Below are positions 42,301 to 52,010 of a DNA stretch of 63,550 nucleotides, piece by piece. Within the stretch, counting starts at the first letter, position 1; each line of letters begins with the position of its first letter. Under the pieces are notes generated by a model that made no database searches, had not been told where the DNA came from, and was given only the letters and a program-made list of their open reading frames with translations. The translations under genes and the position numbers were made by a program. The DNA comes from a virus (taxonomy: Duplodnaviria > Caudoviricetes), in the IMG/VR virus record IMGVR_UViG_3300035201_000143, positions 1-63,550 of that record; one strand, given 5' to 3'.

Positions 42301-43671
42301 ATTATCTGCTGCTGGTGTAAATGTAAATTGACCAGTTAAATTATTATATGCTAATCCACCATTACCAGCAGCTGTTGGTTCAGCACCTACACTAAGATCT
42401 CCTAATGCAATACCAGCACCAGATCCACCAGTGTCAGCAGCATTAACCCATTTAGTACCATCCCATTTTAAAATCTGGTTAGTTTGTATAGAGTTAACAT
42501 CGACATTACTAATGCCCTCTATAGTTTGACTAACATATTCAATACCACCAGCACCATCAGAAGATAGTGTCTGACCTACTGTACCTTTTGATCCTGCCTT
42601 ATCAGAAATTGAAGTTCCAGCAGGGAACAATAAAGCATCAGCAGATTTGTCCCATGTAACATCAGCGTTAGCACCCTTGAATATAGCATCACCATCAGTA
42701 GTAGATCCATCAGATTCTACAGTGCCAGTGATATTAAGTCCTGTAGAACTAAATGAAGCTATAACTGTTGAACCAGACGTATAAGTAAGGTTATCTGCTA
42801 TGAGTAGGAAATCACTAGCATTGCCATTAAGAGTATTTACTCCAGCTGATCTAGAGAAACTAGCATATGTTGATGTGCCTAAAGTAAATCCTCCAGCATC
42901 AGAAGATATTAAGTTAGCTGCTGTAATAGAAGTTGTAGTTGTATTACCAGAAGCAGTTACCTGTGCTAATGTAGGTGTAGTACCACCTGTGTCATCTGCT
43001 ACTTCCCAAGTAGTATTAGAGACATTATATTTAAGAATTTTGCCATCACCAAGATTGGTTGTTGCATCTACATTGCTAAGATCATTTAAAGCAACTGTTG
43101 TTAGATAACTACTTAAATCTGGTGGAGTGTATGTGAATACACCTGTACTATTGTTGTATGCGAGTCCTGCTGTACCTGCTACAGCAGTGTTAATAGAAAT
43201 ACCTGTTAGTGTTAAGAAACCACTAACATCTTCTGGTGTGAATGACAATATACCAGTGATATTGTTATAACTTAATCCAGAATTTCCAGGAGTATTCTGA
43301 GTGACAGATAGATCTGTTAAAGCAATCCAGTTTGCAGAATTATCTGTTACTACACTATATCCACCAGAACCATCAGTCTTCATCAGACCAGCACTAGGGA
43401 AATCTGCATCCTGAATAGCATCACCAATTGATGTAATGAAATTACTTAAATCTGGTGGTGTATATACAAATTGTCCATTAGTATTGTCGTATGTTAATCC
43501 TCCACCGCCTCCAGCAGAGTTAACAGTAACGTTTAAATCACTCCAAGTCAAATACGTAGCATTAAGACCAGTCTGAGTCCCAGTGAAGGTATGCAGGTCA
43601 TAACCTATCTCATTAATCTTCTGCCTTTGATTTTCAAAGGTATCGGTCTTATTTACTATGACTTGTGCCAT
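39313..43671 (-). CDS. Tail fibre (1452 aa) with collar domain and HxH metal-binding tip
   Basis: N-terminal TDTFENQRQKINEI anchor; YTPPDL and L..L.DV...VLKW repeats; collar P.G.I.MWSG...P.GW.LCDG...TPDLRNRF; nine HxH motifs; HENLPPYYALCYIMK end. Confidence 0.9.
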   Translation of the reverse strand: MAQVIVNKTDTFENQRQKINEIGYDLHTFTGTQTGLNATYLTWSDLNVTVNSAGGGGGLTYDNTNGQFVYTPPDLSNFITSIGDAIQDADFPSAGLMKTDGSGGYSVVTDNSANWIALTDLSVTQNTPGNSGLSYNNITGILSFTPEDVSGFLTLTGISINTAVAGTAGLAYNNSTGVFTYTPPDLSSYLTTVALNDLSNVDATTNLGDGKILKYNVSNTTWEVADDTGGTTPTLAQVTASGNTTTTSITAANLISSDAGGFTLGTSTYASFSRSAGVNTLNGNASDFLLIADNLTYTSGSTVIASFSSTGLNITGTVESDGSTTDGDAIFKGANADVTWDKSADALLFPAGTSISDKAGSKGTVGQTLSSDGAGGIEYVSQTIEGISNVDVNSIQTNQILKWDGTKWVNAADTGGSGAGIALGDLSVGAEPTAAGNGGLAYNNLTGQFTFTPAADNTLVFNHANATTSQIVYTNNGAGTPQTLNLVAGTGITFGQGGGTGNLVITGTSGIVLSDLSVGSNASASGGGGIAYNDSTGVFTYTPPDLSSYLTSVTETDTLETVTGRGATSTNNVIFTGGSGAGRLDVQNAGAYAITLDAATGISTDDGKGLYIGNLSTNVWRAKIEGSTGDLTANSIIKTGGTSSQFLKADGSVDSSTYLTTIDLSSKNLNDLADVNAGSPTDGHVLKWDNGTSKWISASDQTATGGSGIALADLSITTATAGTAALAYNDTTGVFTYTPPDLSAASTDLTAFSVGSNASASGSGGLAYTNTSGVFTYTPPDLSSYLTAVAVNDLSDVTIASPQNGHVLKYNGASWENAPDAGGSTLTTEEVQDIVGAMVTGNTETGIGVTYEDSTGTLDFTVNGINLNDLGDVKGALNPSTNDVLQYDGSEWIAGDPGIGLTDISVTSNTAGTAALSYDNVTGVFSYTPPNVSTFIALTSLSVGSPQVASGSGAISYNNANGVFSYTPPDLSAYLDNTAVIANLADVVITGSPTSGQVLKWDNATSKWTNQADANSNVTDPGGSDTQVQFNDSGSFEGDASLVWDNTNNKLKVGNADSDSYLLVGSNTKRAELRNNNTSTYLYSYADSTFHIAAAGSGTTIQLDWVSGVMAYFKKNAEVGLNYANVLCFETADGGCKFHGGIIDKDNDIGSSGQILSSTGTEIEWINPPTPSLAINDLTDVTTGSVSTNDVLTYNGTAWAAAAPTGGGDSFPAGGIIMWSGAQSAIPNGWVLCDGNNSTPDLRNRFVVGAGNSYAVDATGGASTVTLTEAQMPSHSHSVDNHTHSIGSHSHTVDNHSHSIGSHTHSFSGSGSGTSGTQSDNHYHSGNTSNSGSHAHSIYGSHQGTINTGGTRYLGDSNGGTNMGTVNSGTTNAHAHYFDTLGVSEDHTHNTTISISGTTGGGSGSTGSENPGTSSNGNGNTGNANPNTNSKGSGSSHENLPPYYALCYIMKT
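40750..43500 (-). repeat. Nine dispersed Y.N.TG.F.(Y/F)TPPDL repeats in the fibre
   Basis: Visible in protein and DNA (e.g. + strand ggagtatatg(t/a)gaatacacc near 40770, 40885, 41335, 41455). Confidence 0.85.
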
Positions 43672-43870
43672 TGTTATTCATCAATTGTTTTAATAGGGTC
43701 TTGAGTTCATCTATTTCACTTTTAACATAGTCTAATTCATTCTCCATATTACGATATTTGTTTCTGGAGGATTTATATTTGGCAAAAGAAGACCTGTCAG
43801 TATTTATTATTGCACCTGTATTTACATCACGATACAAATGGTCTTGATTCTCAACCTTCAAGTGATTCAT
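43649..43870 (-). CDS. Conserved small protein downstream of VrlC (73 aa)
   Basis: KVE....LYRD..TGAIINTD...Y...R followed by a coiled coil; typical position in T4-like cyanophages. Confidence 0.8.
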   Translation of the reverse strand: MNHLKVENQDHLYRDVNTGAIINTDRSSFAKYKSSRNKYRNMENELDYVKSEIDELKTLLKQLMNNNGTSHSK

Positions 43871-43871
43871 A

Positions 43872-46800
43872 TCAATAAGATGCCACTGCCCTCATATCTT
43901 GAATCTTAGGAACGAATGCAGGGTTATTAGATCTCATAACAATCTTAACTGCATAAGATGAGAATTCTGGTAAATTCTCTATGCTATAAGATAGTTCTTG
44001 ATATGAAGATTGTTTTTCTGTAATACCACTAATGGCATTTTCAGAAGAAGCAATAGTATCTACATCAGGTTCACCTGCTTCATTAAAGTAAATCCATTCA
44101 ATGTCTTCAAAGTTCTCCTGTGAAGAAGACTTCTTAATCTTATAAAGAATCATAAGATTCTTAATATCAGTAACGTTAGCAGTAAGTTTTACATCAATAG
44201 ATGTAGCAGGATTTTCAATAGCAATCTCTTTAGTCACATATTTAGAAATTCCAGAACTATTCTTAGATTGGGTTTCTGTAATGAAGTCAACACCATCTGC
44301 ATAAGATACTGTTGCAACTTCGATGAAACTTACTTCATCAACTGGTTGATTAGGATATGATACTAGATCACCAACTCTAAAGATATCAGATAACTGATCA
44401 TCTACACTAGCGTTTCTATCAAAACTACTACTATCAATAAGTCTTCCTGTATAATCATTATTAATTGGTTGCTTGTCATTAACAGTAGTCAACTCACCAG
44501 ACTTACTATTCCACAAGATTATCTTTCCAGAAATTTTATTATCATAAGTATCTGCTGGTACTGATGGATTCCTAGCAGTTACATATGTTGGAGGTGTAGT
44601 GGTATTTGGTATATCAAACCAGAATTTAACAAGACCATCTGTACCAACAGTGATTGCACCAGCAAATGTTTGTCCACTAAAGGTTATTGTTTCACCAGCA
44701 GTGAAAGTATTAACTGTAGTAACCTTAACAAATACAGTACTACCATCAACCTTGACAATAGTTCCTTCTGCTTTAGAAGTAGTACCAACAAGAGTTTGTG
44801 AACTATTAATTACTTCAGCACCTTGTAGACCAGATGCAGTAAATGAAAATACTGGTAGGAAAGTTACAATTTGATTCCTTCTACCGTACCTATCTTCTGT
44901 TCCAGATGCATTCTCAATACGATTAGTAATAGTCTTAACAGATGCTCTATCCAAATCAATAACTGGAGAAAGATGTGTAACAGTACTTGATAAATCAAGT
45001 TTATAAACTAATGAATTATCGATACTATTAACGGTTTCATTAATCTTAGAAGCAACAATCTTCTGATTAATAAAATAGAAATCCTCATTTAAGAAAGTCT
45101 TTTCATAATCAGTCTGTGAATATGAAACGAAAGTACCTAAATTGTCATCTATTGGTGCAATGTTTGTAGTCTTAACAAAACTATCAATTTTAGTTTGACT
45201 GAATGTTAGATTAGATATAGAAGCAAATACCTTCTCAAACTTCCTATTGTATGTCGCTAGTACATTTGTACCACCACCAAAGGAATTACCAGACGCTCTA
45301 GTAGATCCAGTGATGTTATAATAATCAACACCAGTATTAGAAACCTTATAAAGATTGCTGTTTATTGATGAGGCAGTTACACCACCAACATCAACTGCAT
45401 TCTTGAAGTAAACCCATGACTTATTAAGATCAAAACCATTGTCTCTATGATTAACCTTAACAACATAATTGTTATTCTTGAATAGTGTTGATGTAGCAGT
45501 AGTATTTGCTTCTGCATTAGTCTCAATTGGTTGTGCATCCAATGCTTCAAATCCTAAGTCATCGTTAGACAACATCAAACTTGCAGTTCTACTAATATCA
45601 AATTCTGCACGATTCAATACAAACTTAACATCTTCAAATAGATCTTCAGTCCAATCACCTGTGTTCTGTGATCTGAATAAAGAACCTAAAGCAGGTTGTG
45701 TTGTGACAATTTGACTAGTGGCAACTTCAACTCCACCCAACTTAGAAGACCACAATTCATAATCAACTGAATCTGTCTCAATAGCAAGAGCATACTCAGT
45801 ATCATTCTCAAGATATACAGGGAAATCAAATCCAAACTTAGTAGGAGTTATAGATTCTGTTTCTCCTGTCTCATCAATAGCAATACCCATTCTAACTGCT
45901 GGAGTATCAATAGTAATTTCAGATTCAATCTGAGCACCAGCATTACCAGAACCTGTTCCTCTAAGAACAATAGATGGTGGTTCAGTATAACCAGAACCAG
46001 CAAGTGTCATTTCTGCATCATATACAAGACCTTGAGAAACTCTAACCGTAGCAGTAGCGTTACCACCACCAGGAAGTTGTGGACTTTCAATAGTAATAAT
46101 TGCAGAATCGTATCCACTACCTGTATTAGCAACATTCAACCCAGTTACACGACCAGAATCCTTAGTGATGTTTAATGTGAATTGTGTATTGTTTGCATTA
46201 TTAGCTTGTGTAATAGATGTAACATTTAATAGTTCATCTTGTACAAAATTCTTACCATTGTTGTTATCTAAAACAACAGTATACACTTGATCATTTGTAA
46301 GTGTGAATAGACCTGTAGTACTAGCAACAACTTCAATATTATTCTTATCAATCAGTTTACTAATAGGACCAGAAGCATTGGACTTAGATCCAGTTACCTT
46401 CTCTCCTTTTGTTATCGTAAGTGTATCACTTGCGACTACTTTTAAGAATGTCTCTGGAGTTAATACCTTCTGAGTACCAGGAACAATATTCTTACCTGGT
46501 TTTCCACTAGTAGTATCTGTTAGATAAACTCGTAATGGGATATTATCACTCTTCTTATTAAAGAATAGATCTATACTTGTTACAAATACACCACCCTCAA
46601 ATCCATCAACTTTAAATGTTTGAGCAAATGGGTTTGGTCTTATAGGATTCTCTGTATTACTACCAACAATTTGTGTACCTTCATTTGCTTTAAAGAATGC
46701 AGGTCTTGTGGAAATAATAGAAGATGGATTCTCTGGTACTACACCAGTAGCATAGAATTTCACTTCAGCAAATGTTTCTACTTCATCCTTACTAGCATCA

Positions 46801-49800
46801 GTAGAACTTGAAGTGAATCTAATAGTCTTAACACCAGTACTGAATCTCAATTCATCAGCATCACCATCATAACTTACTGTATCAACATTACCTGTCCAGA
46901 CAGCATTTTCTCTAGGTGGTAATCCAGCAGGTACCAAAATGACACCACTTGCATTACCATTATTATCTGTAGTAATAGATCCATTAAATGCTGATAATGA
47001 GTTAGCAGCAATGCCAGTATACTTAAGATCAGGATTTACCCATCTACCAATATCTCTACCTTCCATAAAGACATAAACCCTTGTATTTGGTTTAAGTCTA
47101 TTAATCCTAAACTTAACAGGAATACTCCTAGCAAAGTATGATAATGATGTAACAACAAATTTTGATCCTACACCTTTAGTTACTAGTCCTTTACCAACTT
47201 CATTGTTTTCTGGACTAATATTTGAAGATGTTGATACACTAGCAGTAGCAACAGTGGAATCTGCAATATTAGAATTAACTTCTGCAAATGATCCAATATT
47301 ATAGAATGCTTGATCAGCTCCTATCCAATTAACTTTATATGAATTATAAAGACTTGAGAATGCTTCCTTTAGATTTTCCTTAGCAAGGAAAATAGAATAC
47401 AAATTGGTGTTATTATCTGTTACTAAAGGTTCAACACTACTGTCATACCAAGAATCTACACTTGGTCCAATAAATGAATCACCAACATATTGAAGAACAA
47501 CAAATGGGTTAGGATTAACTGTGTTTGTAGCAAAGTTGTTTCCTAATAGTTCTAGTTCTGTATATGGTAAGGTTATAATGTCACCTGTTTTCTGATAACC
47601 AGAAACAGATCTTTGATCATCTCTAGTATTAATCTCAACTAGATTAATCGAATCTTCTTTTGCTTGTGCTCTTAGTACAGATTGCTGTGTATCAATAGCA
47701 CACTTATAATCTAAAGACTTCAAAGATCCAATCTTATGAGTCTCAAAATTGTCTACAACGAAACCACTCTTAAAGCGATTAACACCAGCAGAATCAGTAA
47801 TCTGCATATTCAGTGCTTGCTGCTCAAGAATGCTTAACGTTGTGTAATATTCTAGTCTCTCAATACGTTTCTCCAACTTACCAATGTCACGCATTGTGTA
47901 ACGACGGTTATCAACTGGAGTAATCCTTACATCCTTACCTGTCTGTGTAAATGCAGGAATGTACATATAGTACAATGCAATAGCATCACTGATAACATCA
48001 GGTTTAGATGGGTTAAGTGATGAATTACCTTGCTTAACAATGAATTGACCTTTCTTATTCAAGAACAATCCATCAATCCTATCAAGGTATTGTGTCTGTG
48101 TGAATGAGAATGTATATTCCAATCCAGCATCAGGAGCAGGAGTACTAGAAACAATACCACCAGTACCTGTAAATGATCTGCTATTAGGTGCAGACAATAA
48201 TGATGTATTCTGATATCCACCTATAATTGCATCGTTATCTACCTTTGGTCTAAAGTCAAGTACATCTTTCAATGATACTTTACCTAGTACAGGTGAATTA
48301 AATGATGGAATCTCTTCAGCACCAACACCTGCTTCATGTAAATAAGAATCAACTGTGATGAAATCTCCAGCAGTATGATCAAAGTAATCAAAAGCAATTA
48401 CTAGTTGACCTACTGGTGCTTCAAAACCAGGTTTAATAACAAGTCTAGAAACATCATATATGGTATCTCTTTGTCCATCATCAAATGTAAACCTGTTAGA
48501 TACATCAGTACCAGTAACAAGGTTTCCTGCTTTATCTACTACAGGAGGTGTCGATGAAGATCCTTCATAAACATACTTCAAATTAAATGCATCAGCATAA
48601 CTGTATACATCTAAAGATTCAGTATCATAGTCTCTACCTCTTAAAGGTATAATTTTATCTCCAGCAGCTTCAACAATAATTCTCTTGTTTAAATTTGCTG
48701 TCTTAAGTCTTGGTTTTGCTTTAGTAACTTCTAAAGTAGCAGTTAACTTTAATGTTGGGTATGTTGAATAAGAAGCAGATCCAAAGTAACCAGCAGGTAA
48801 ATTCAACTTAACACTACCAGATGTCAATCCACTAGCAGCATCAGTAGATGCTTTTATCTCAACTTGATCTGAAGTAATATAAACTACATCACCAGCAGCA
48901 ACGTCAGGAGCATCACCTGGATCAAGGATTGTGATTAGGAAGTTGCTTTCACTAAAAGATACAAATCTTTGAGTTCCAAATGGGAGTTGAGCAGCAAAAG
49001 TAATAGATCCAGAACCACCAGAACCTGTAGATATAAAATCTCTCCTGAGATAATATGTGATTTTCGAATCATCAGAAGTAGCAACAATAGAACTTATTTC
49101 TTTAGAACCAGTCTTGTATATTAAAGTTCCCTGATTGAAGTTCTCAATAGATGGTCTTACCCTAACAACACTAGCATTAGTAACATCATTAGGTAATGAT
49201 CTGTCTAAGTAGATCCTTGATTTATATACACCAGCTGGTTTTGTAGACTGTTGTACAACACCTCTTACAAGGATTCCAGTATCATCTGTGAACTGAATTA
49301 AATCTCCATGAATAACAAACGTTGTTGCATCTCCACCAAATCCTGTACATTCAATATACTTCCTTCCTTTGCTTCCACTGAAAGTAAAGTCAGTTACCGA
49401 AACAACCTCAGAATACTTCTCTTTGTTAATCTCAATATCTGCTGTAAATGTATTAGCATTACCAGATCCAAATTGAGAATAGAATGACTTAACATTCTGT
49501 GGAGTATATGTTGTAACAGCATTCCTTACCAATACTGGAGTTACAACTGCTTGACTGGTAGCACCAGTATCAATAATTTCAACTAATGGTGGTTGAGAAT
49601 ACTCAACTAAAGCAGAATCTCTGTCAAGAATCTGAACTCTCCATACTAATTGATCTCCACTGACATCAACCTTAATCTTAGAGTTATCATATTCAACACC
49701 ATCAATTCTAATAGTTGCTGTAGAAGAATGATTTGCACCTCTACTATTAACAACAAAATGAGATATTGTATTATCTTTTGCAATCCTTAATGTATTACCT

Positions 49801-51980
49801 GCTTCATCAGCAACAACTTCACCACTCTTAAATACACCGAATAAACCCTTTAACATAAGAGTTTTGTTCTTAGTATATGATCCTGTAGAAGTTCCTTCTA
49901 TTACACCATATGCACCACTTGTAAGACCTTTAACATATTGTCCTGGAGTAAAACTACCAGAGACTGAGATCTTATCATCTAACTGAATTTTAGTAAAGAA
50001 GTTTGGATCAAAGTACGATAGTCCAAATGTACTATTATATGTTGCATCTCCATTGGATAGTCTTCCTTTAGAGATAACAATATCAGTATCAGAATTAAAT
50101 CCTGCACCTCTCTCTAATAGAGTATAGTTACTAGGTTTTGCAATACCAACTACAGGAGTAATTGTTTCGTTATAGTCAACAATCTTACCAAAAGGAACTG
50201 ATCCAGGTGTCTCTGCATCATTCTCATTCATATAGATGAATCTATACTTGTTAGCATCAGTCTCATCATACTCAATAAGGAAGTCATCCAAAAGATTCTT
50301 TTGTGCAGTTACAGTGATCTCTAGAAATGTAACTGTATTATCTGGATTAGATTCAATTCTAGGAACCCTAGAATAAGATAGAACTTCAAAGCTGTTTGCT
50401 ATGATAGTACTACCACGTGATTGAATATACCAAAGAGTTGGAATACCATCAGCAGTAGTTCTGAAATTAGCACCAGTAAGACCTGCAACACGTGTTGCAT
50501 AGTTATTATCAACTTCAATATAGAGGGTCTTAATACCTGCATTGATATCAAAGAAAGAACCCCTTCTATTAATAGTCTGCTTTGGATCAGTTGCAGATTC
50601 GGTATTATTCATACCAATAGATCCATCATTAAATGCAGCAGACAAATATAAGTTAGGATATGATGTAAGCTCAGATCCTTCTGAGTTTACTGGTATCGAA
50701 CTATAATTGTTAGTAATTCTGTAGGTAGGTAAACCCTTTGTCTTAATACGTATATCTTCTCTGTTTAATGTTTCACGTGCTTTATCAACATCAATATACT
50801 TGGTCTCTTTATTAACAATCTCAAAACCTTTAATATATGCTTTACCTGGACCAACACTAGCAACTAACTTCTTACCAGCATCAGACTCATCAATACCATT
50901 TACCAGACCAGTAGTTACATTCTTACCATAGATACCAAGATTACCATTCTTCTGGTAATACTCTCTTACATCAAGAGAGAAATTATCAACAATATAATCT
51001 CCAGACTCATCATAAGTTCTACGTGCAAGAGTTTGCTCTAGTAGATTATAATCAGTTTGGGTTACCTGTGTTTGTACTACTCCATTCTTAATTTGAAGTA
51101 ATTTAATAAAATTCTTATCGGTCTTCTCGTCTAATGAGTATACAACGAGACTCAGTTTGATACTTAACCTATGTGCTCCAGGTGCAGAATAATTTGAAGA
51201 CCCTATTGAATTGTCATAGAGACTTGCATCTTCTTCTGGAGTTGAAATAGATTCAATGATTTTGAATCCTATCTTTGCAGATGCCTTATCATAATACTTG
51301 TCAACTACTAGTAACTCTGTACTATTCCTAACAAAATATCCATTAACAAAGTAAATACCTTCTTCTACTTTAACAGCAGAAGCATATCCCATTGCGGGAC
51401 TCTCTAACGACGTTGATATACCTGTGTCAGGATCAGTAACAGAAATACTAGTAGGAAGTACGCTTCCATCGGTTCCAACCACCATCAGTGGTGTATTAAC
51501 ACCGTCTACTACCTCTAGGGTCTCACCTTGACGGAATGTGTCCTCATTGCCAGCATCACCACTATTGGTGTATGTAACATATAATACATCAGCAGCAGTT
51601 TCTGTTGCTACATTAGATTGAAGGATAGTTGCAACAACACCAGATGTTAATCCTTTAATCTGTTTATTAATTAATTGTGTGACATCATATTTCTTATAAA
51701 CTATCTGACCATTGACATTTGTAGGTATCTCAGATACTGAAGATAGTTTAACAAAATGCAGTTTGTTATTAAATCCAATTTCACCAGGAATGACTAACTC
51801 ACCCTGTTTAAAAGCATATTTACCAAACTGTTCAATTTGGTTTTGTAATAAAGACTGAAGCTGCGTTAACTCTCTCGCTTGGACAGAATATCCAGGGCGA
51901 AAGAGTACTTTGTAAAAGTTTTTGTCAGTGTCAAAATCGTCGTAATACGGTGCGACATTAAGATTCGTCTTTTGAGGCAT
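43872..51980 (-). CDS. VrlC-like / DUF4815 virion structural protein (2702 aa)
   Basis: MPQKTNLNVAPYYDDF..KVLFRPGYSVQARELTQLQS, APGAHR, LARRTYDESGDY, YTMRDIGKLEKRIERLEYYT and PFAQTF. Confidence 0.9.
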   Translation of the reverse strand: MPQKTNLNVAPYYDDFDTDKNFYKVLFRPGYSVQARELTQLQSLLQNQIEQFGKYAFKQGELVIPGEIGFNNKLHFVKLSSVSEIPTNVNGQIVYKKYDVTQLINKQIKGLTSGVVATILQSNVATETAADVLYVTYTNSGDAGNEDTFRQGETLEVVDGVNTPLMVVGTDGSVLPTSISVTDPDTGISTSLESPAMGYASAVKVEEGIYFVNGYFVRNSTELLVVDKYYDKASAKIGFKIIESISTPEEDASLYDNSIGSSNYSAPGAHRLSIKLSLVVYSLDEKTDKNFIKLLQIKNGVVQTQVTQTDYNLLEQTLARRTYDESGDYIVDNFSLDVREYYQKNGNLGIYGKNVTTGLVNGIDESDAGKKLVASVGPGKAYIKGFEIVNKETKYIDVDKARETLNREDIRIKTKGLPTYRITNNYSSIPVNSEGSELTSYPNLYLSAAFNDGSIGMNNTESATDPKQTINRRGSFFDINAGIKTLYIEVDNNYATRVAGLTGANFRTTADGIPTLWYIQSRGSTIIANSFEVLSYSRVPRIESNPDNTVTFLEITVTAQKNLLDDFLIEYDETDANKYRFIYMNENDAETPGSVPFGKIVDYNETITPVVGIAKPSNYTLLERGAGFNSDTDIVISKGRLSNGDATYNSTFGLSYFDPNFFTKIQLDDKISVSGSFTPGQYVKGLTSGAYGVIEGTSTGSYTKNKTLMLKGLFGVFKSGEVVADEAGNTLRIAKDNTISHFVVNSRGANHSSTATIRIDGVEYDNSKIKVDVSGDQLVWRVQILDRDSALVEYSQPPLVEIIDTGATSQAVVTPVLVRNAVTTYTPQNVKSFYSQFGSGNANTFTADIEINKEKYSEVVSVTDFTFSGSKGRKYIECTGFGGDATTFVIHGDLIQFTDDTGILVRGVVQQSTKPAGVYKSRIYLDRSLPNDVTNASVVRVRPSIENFNQGTLIYKTGSKEISSIVATSDDSKITYYLRRDFISTGSGGSGSITFAAQLPFGTQRFVSFSESNFLITILDPGDAPDVAAGDVVYITSDQVEIKASTDAASGLTSGSVKLNLPAGYFGSASYSTYPTLKLTATLEVTKAKPRLKTANLNKRIIVEAAGDKIIPLRGRDYDTESLDVYSYADAFNLKYVYEGSSSTPPVVDKAGNLVTGTDVSNRFTFDDGQRDTIYDVSRLVIKPGFEAPVGQLVIAFDYFDHTAGDFITVDSYLHEAGVGAEEIPSFNSPVLGKVSLKDVLDFRPKVDNDAIIGGYQNTSLLSAPNSRSFTGTGGIVSSTPAPDAGLEYTFSFTQTQYLDRIDGLFLNKKGQFIVKQGNSSLNPSKPDVISDAIALYYMYIPAFTQTGKDVRITPVDNRRYTMRDIGKLEKRIERLEYYTTLSILEQQALNMQITDSAGVNRFKSGFVVDNFETHKIGSLKSLDYKCAIDTQQSVLRAQAKEDSINLVEINTRDDQRSVSGYQKTGDIITLPYTELELLGNNFATNTVNPNPFVVLQYVGDSFIGPSVDSWYDSSVEPLVTDNNTNLYSIFLAKENLKEAFSSLYNSYKVNWIGADQAFYNIGSFAEVNSNIADSTVATASVSTSSNISPENNEVGKGLVTKGVGSKFVVTSLSYFARSIPVKFRINRLKPNTRVYVFMEGRDIGRWVNPDLKYTGIAANSLSAFNGSITTDNNGNASGVILVPAGLPPRENAVWTGNVDTVSYDGDADELRFSTGVKTIRFTSSSTDASKDEVETFAEVKFYATGVVPENPSSIISTRPAFFKANEGTQIVGSNTENPIRPNPFAQTFKVDGFEGGVFVTSIDLFFNKKSDNIPLRVYLTDTTSGKPGKNIVPGTQKVLTPETFLKVVASDTLTITKGEKVTGSKSNASGPISKLIDKNNIEVVASTTGLFTLTNDQVYTVVLDNNNGKNFVQDELLNVTSITQANNANNTQFTLNITKDSGRVTGLNVANTGSGYDSAIITIESPQLPGGGNATATVRVSQGLVYDAEMTLAGSGYTEPPSIVLRGTGSGNAGAQIESEITIDTPAVRMGIAIDETGETESITPTKFGFDFPVYLENDTEYALAIETDSVDYELWSSKLGGVEVATSQIVTTQPALGSLFRSQNTGDWTEDLFEDVKFVLNRAEFDISRTASLMLSNDDLGFEALDAQPIETNAEANTTATSTLFKNNNYVVKVNHRDNGFDLNKSWVYFKNAVDVGGVTASSINSNLYKVSNTGVDYYNITGSTRASGNSFGGGTNVLATYNRKFEKVFASISNLTFSQTKIDSFVKTTNIAPIDDNLGTFVSYSQTDYEKTFLNEDFYFINQKIVASKINETVNSIDNSLVYKLDLSSTVTHLSPVIDLDRASVKTITNRIENASGTEDRYGRRNQIVTFLPVFSFTASGLQGAEVINSSQTLVGTTSKAEGTIVKVDGSTVFVKVTTVNTFTAGETITFSGQTFAGAITVGTDGLVKFWFDIPNTTTPPTYVTARNPSVPADTYDNKISGKIILWNSKSGELTTVNDKQPINNDYTGRLIDSSSFDRNASVDDQLSDIFRVGDLVSYPNQPVDEVSFIEVATVSYADGVDFITETQSKNSSGISKYVTKEIAIENPATSIDVKLTANVTDIKNLMILYKIKKSSSQENFEDIEWIYFNEAGEPDVDTIASSENAISGITEKQSSYQELSYSIENLPEFSSYAVKIVMRSNNPAFVPKIQDMRAVASY

Positions 51981-52010
51981 TGCAACCAGTCTCTAATAAC
52001 GGTGGGTAAA

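Noticed and set aside
39313-43671. Fibre repeats as a CRISPR-like array
   Set aside because: Repeats are in-frame, degenerate, irregularly spaced and protein-coding; no cas genes.
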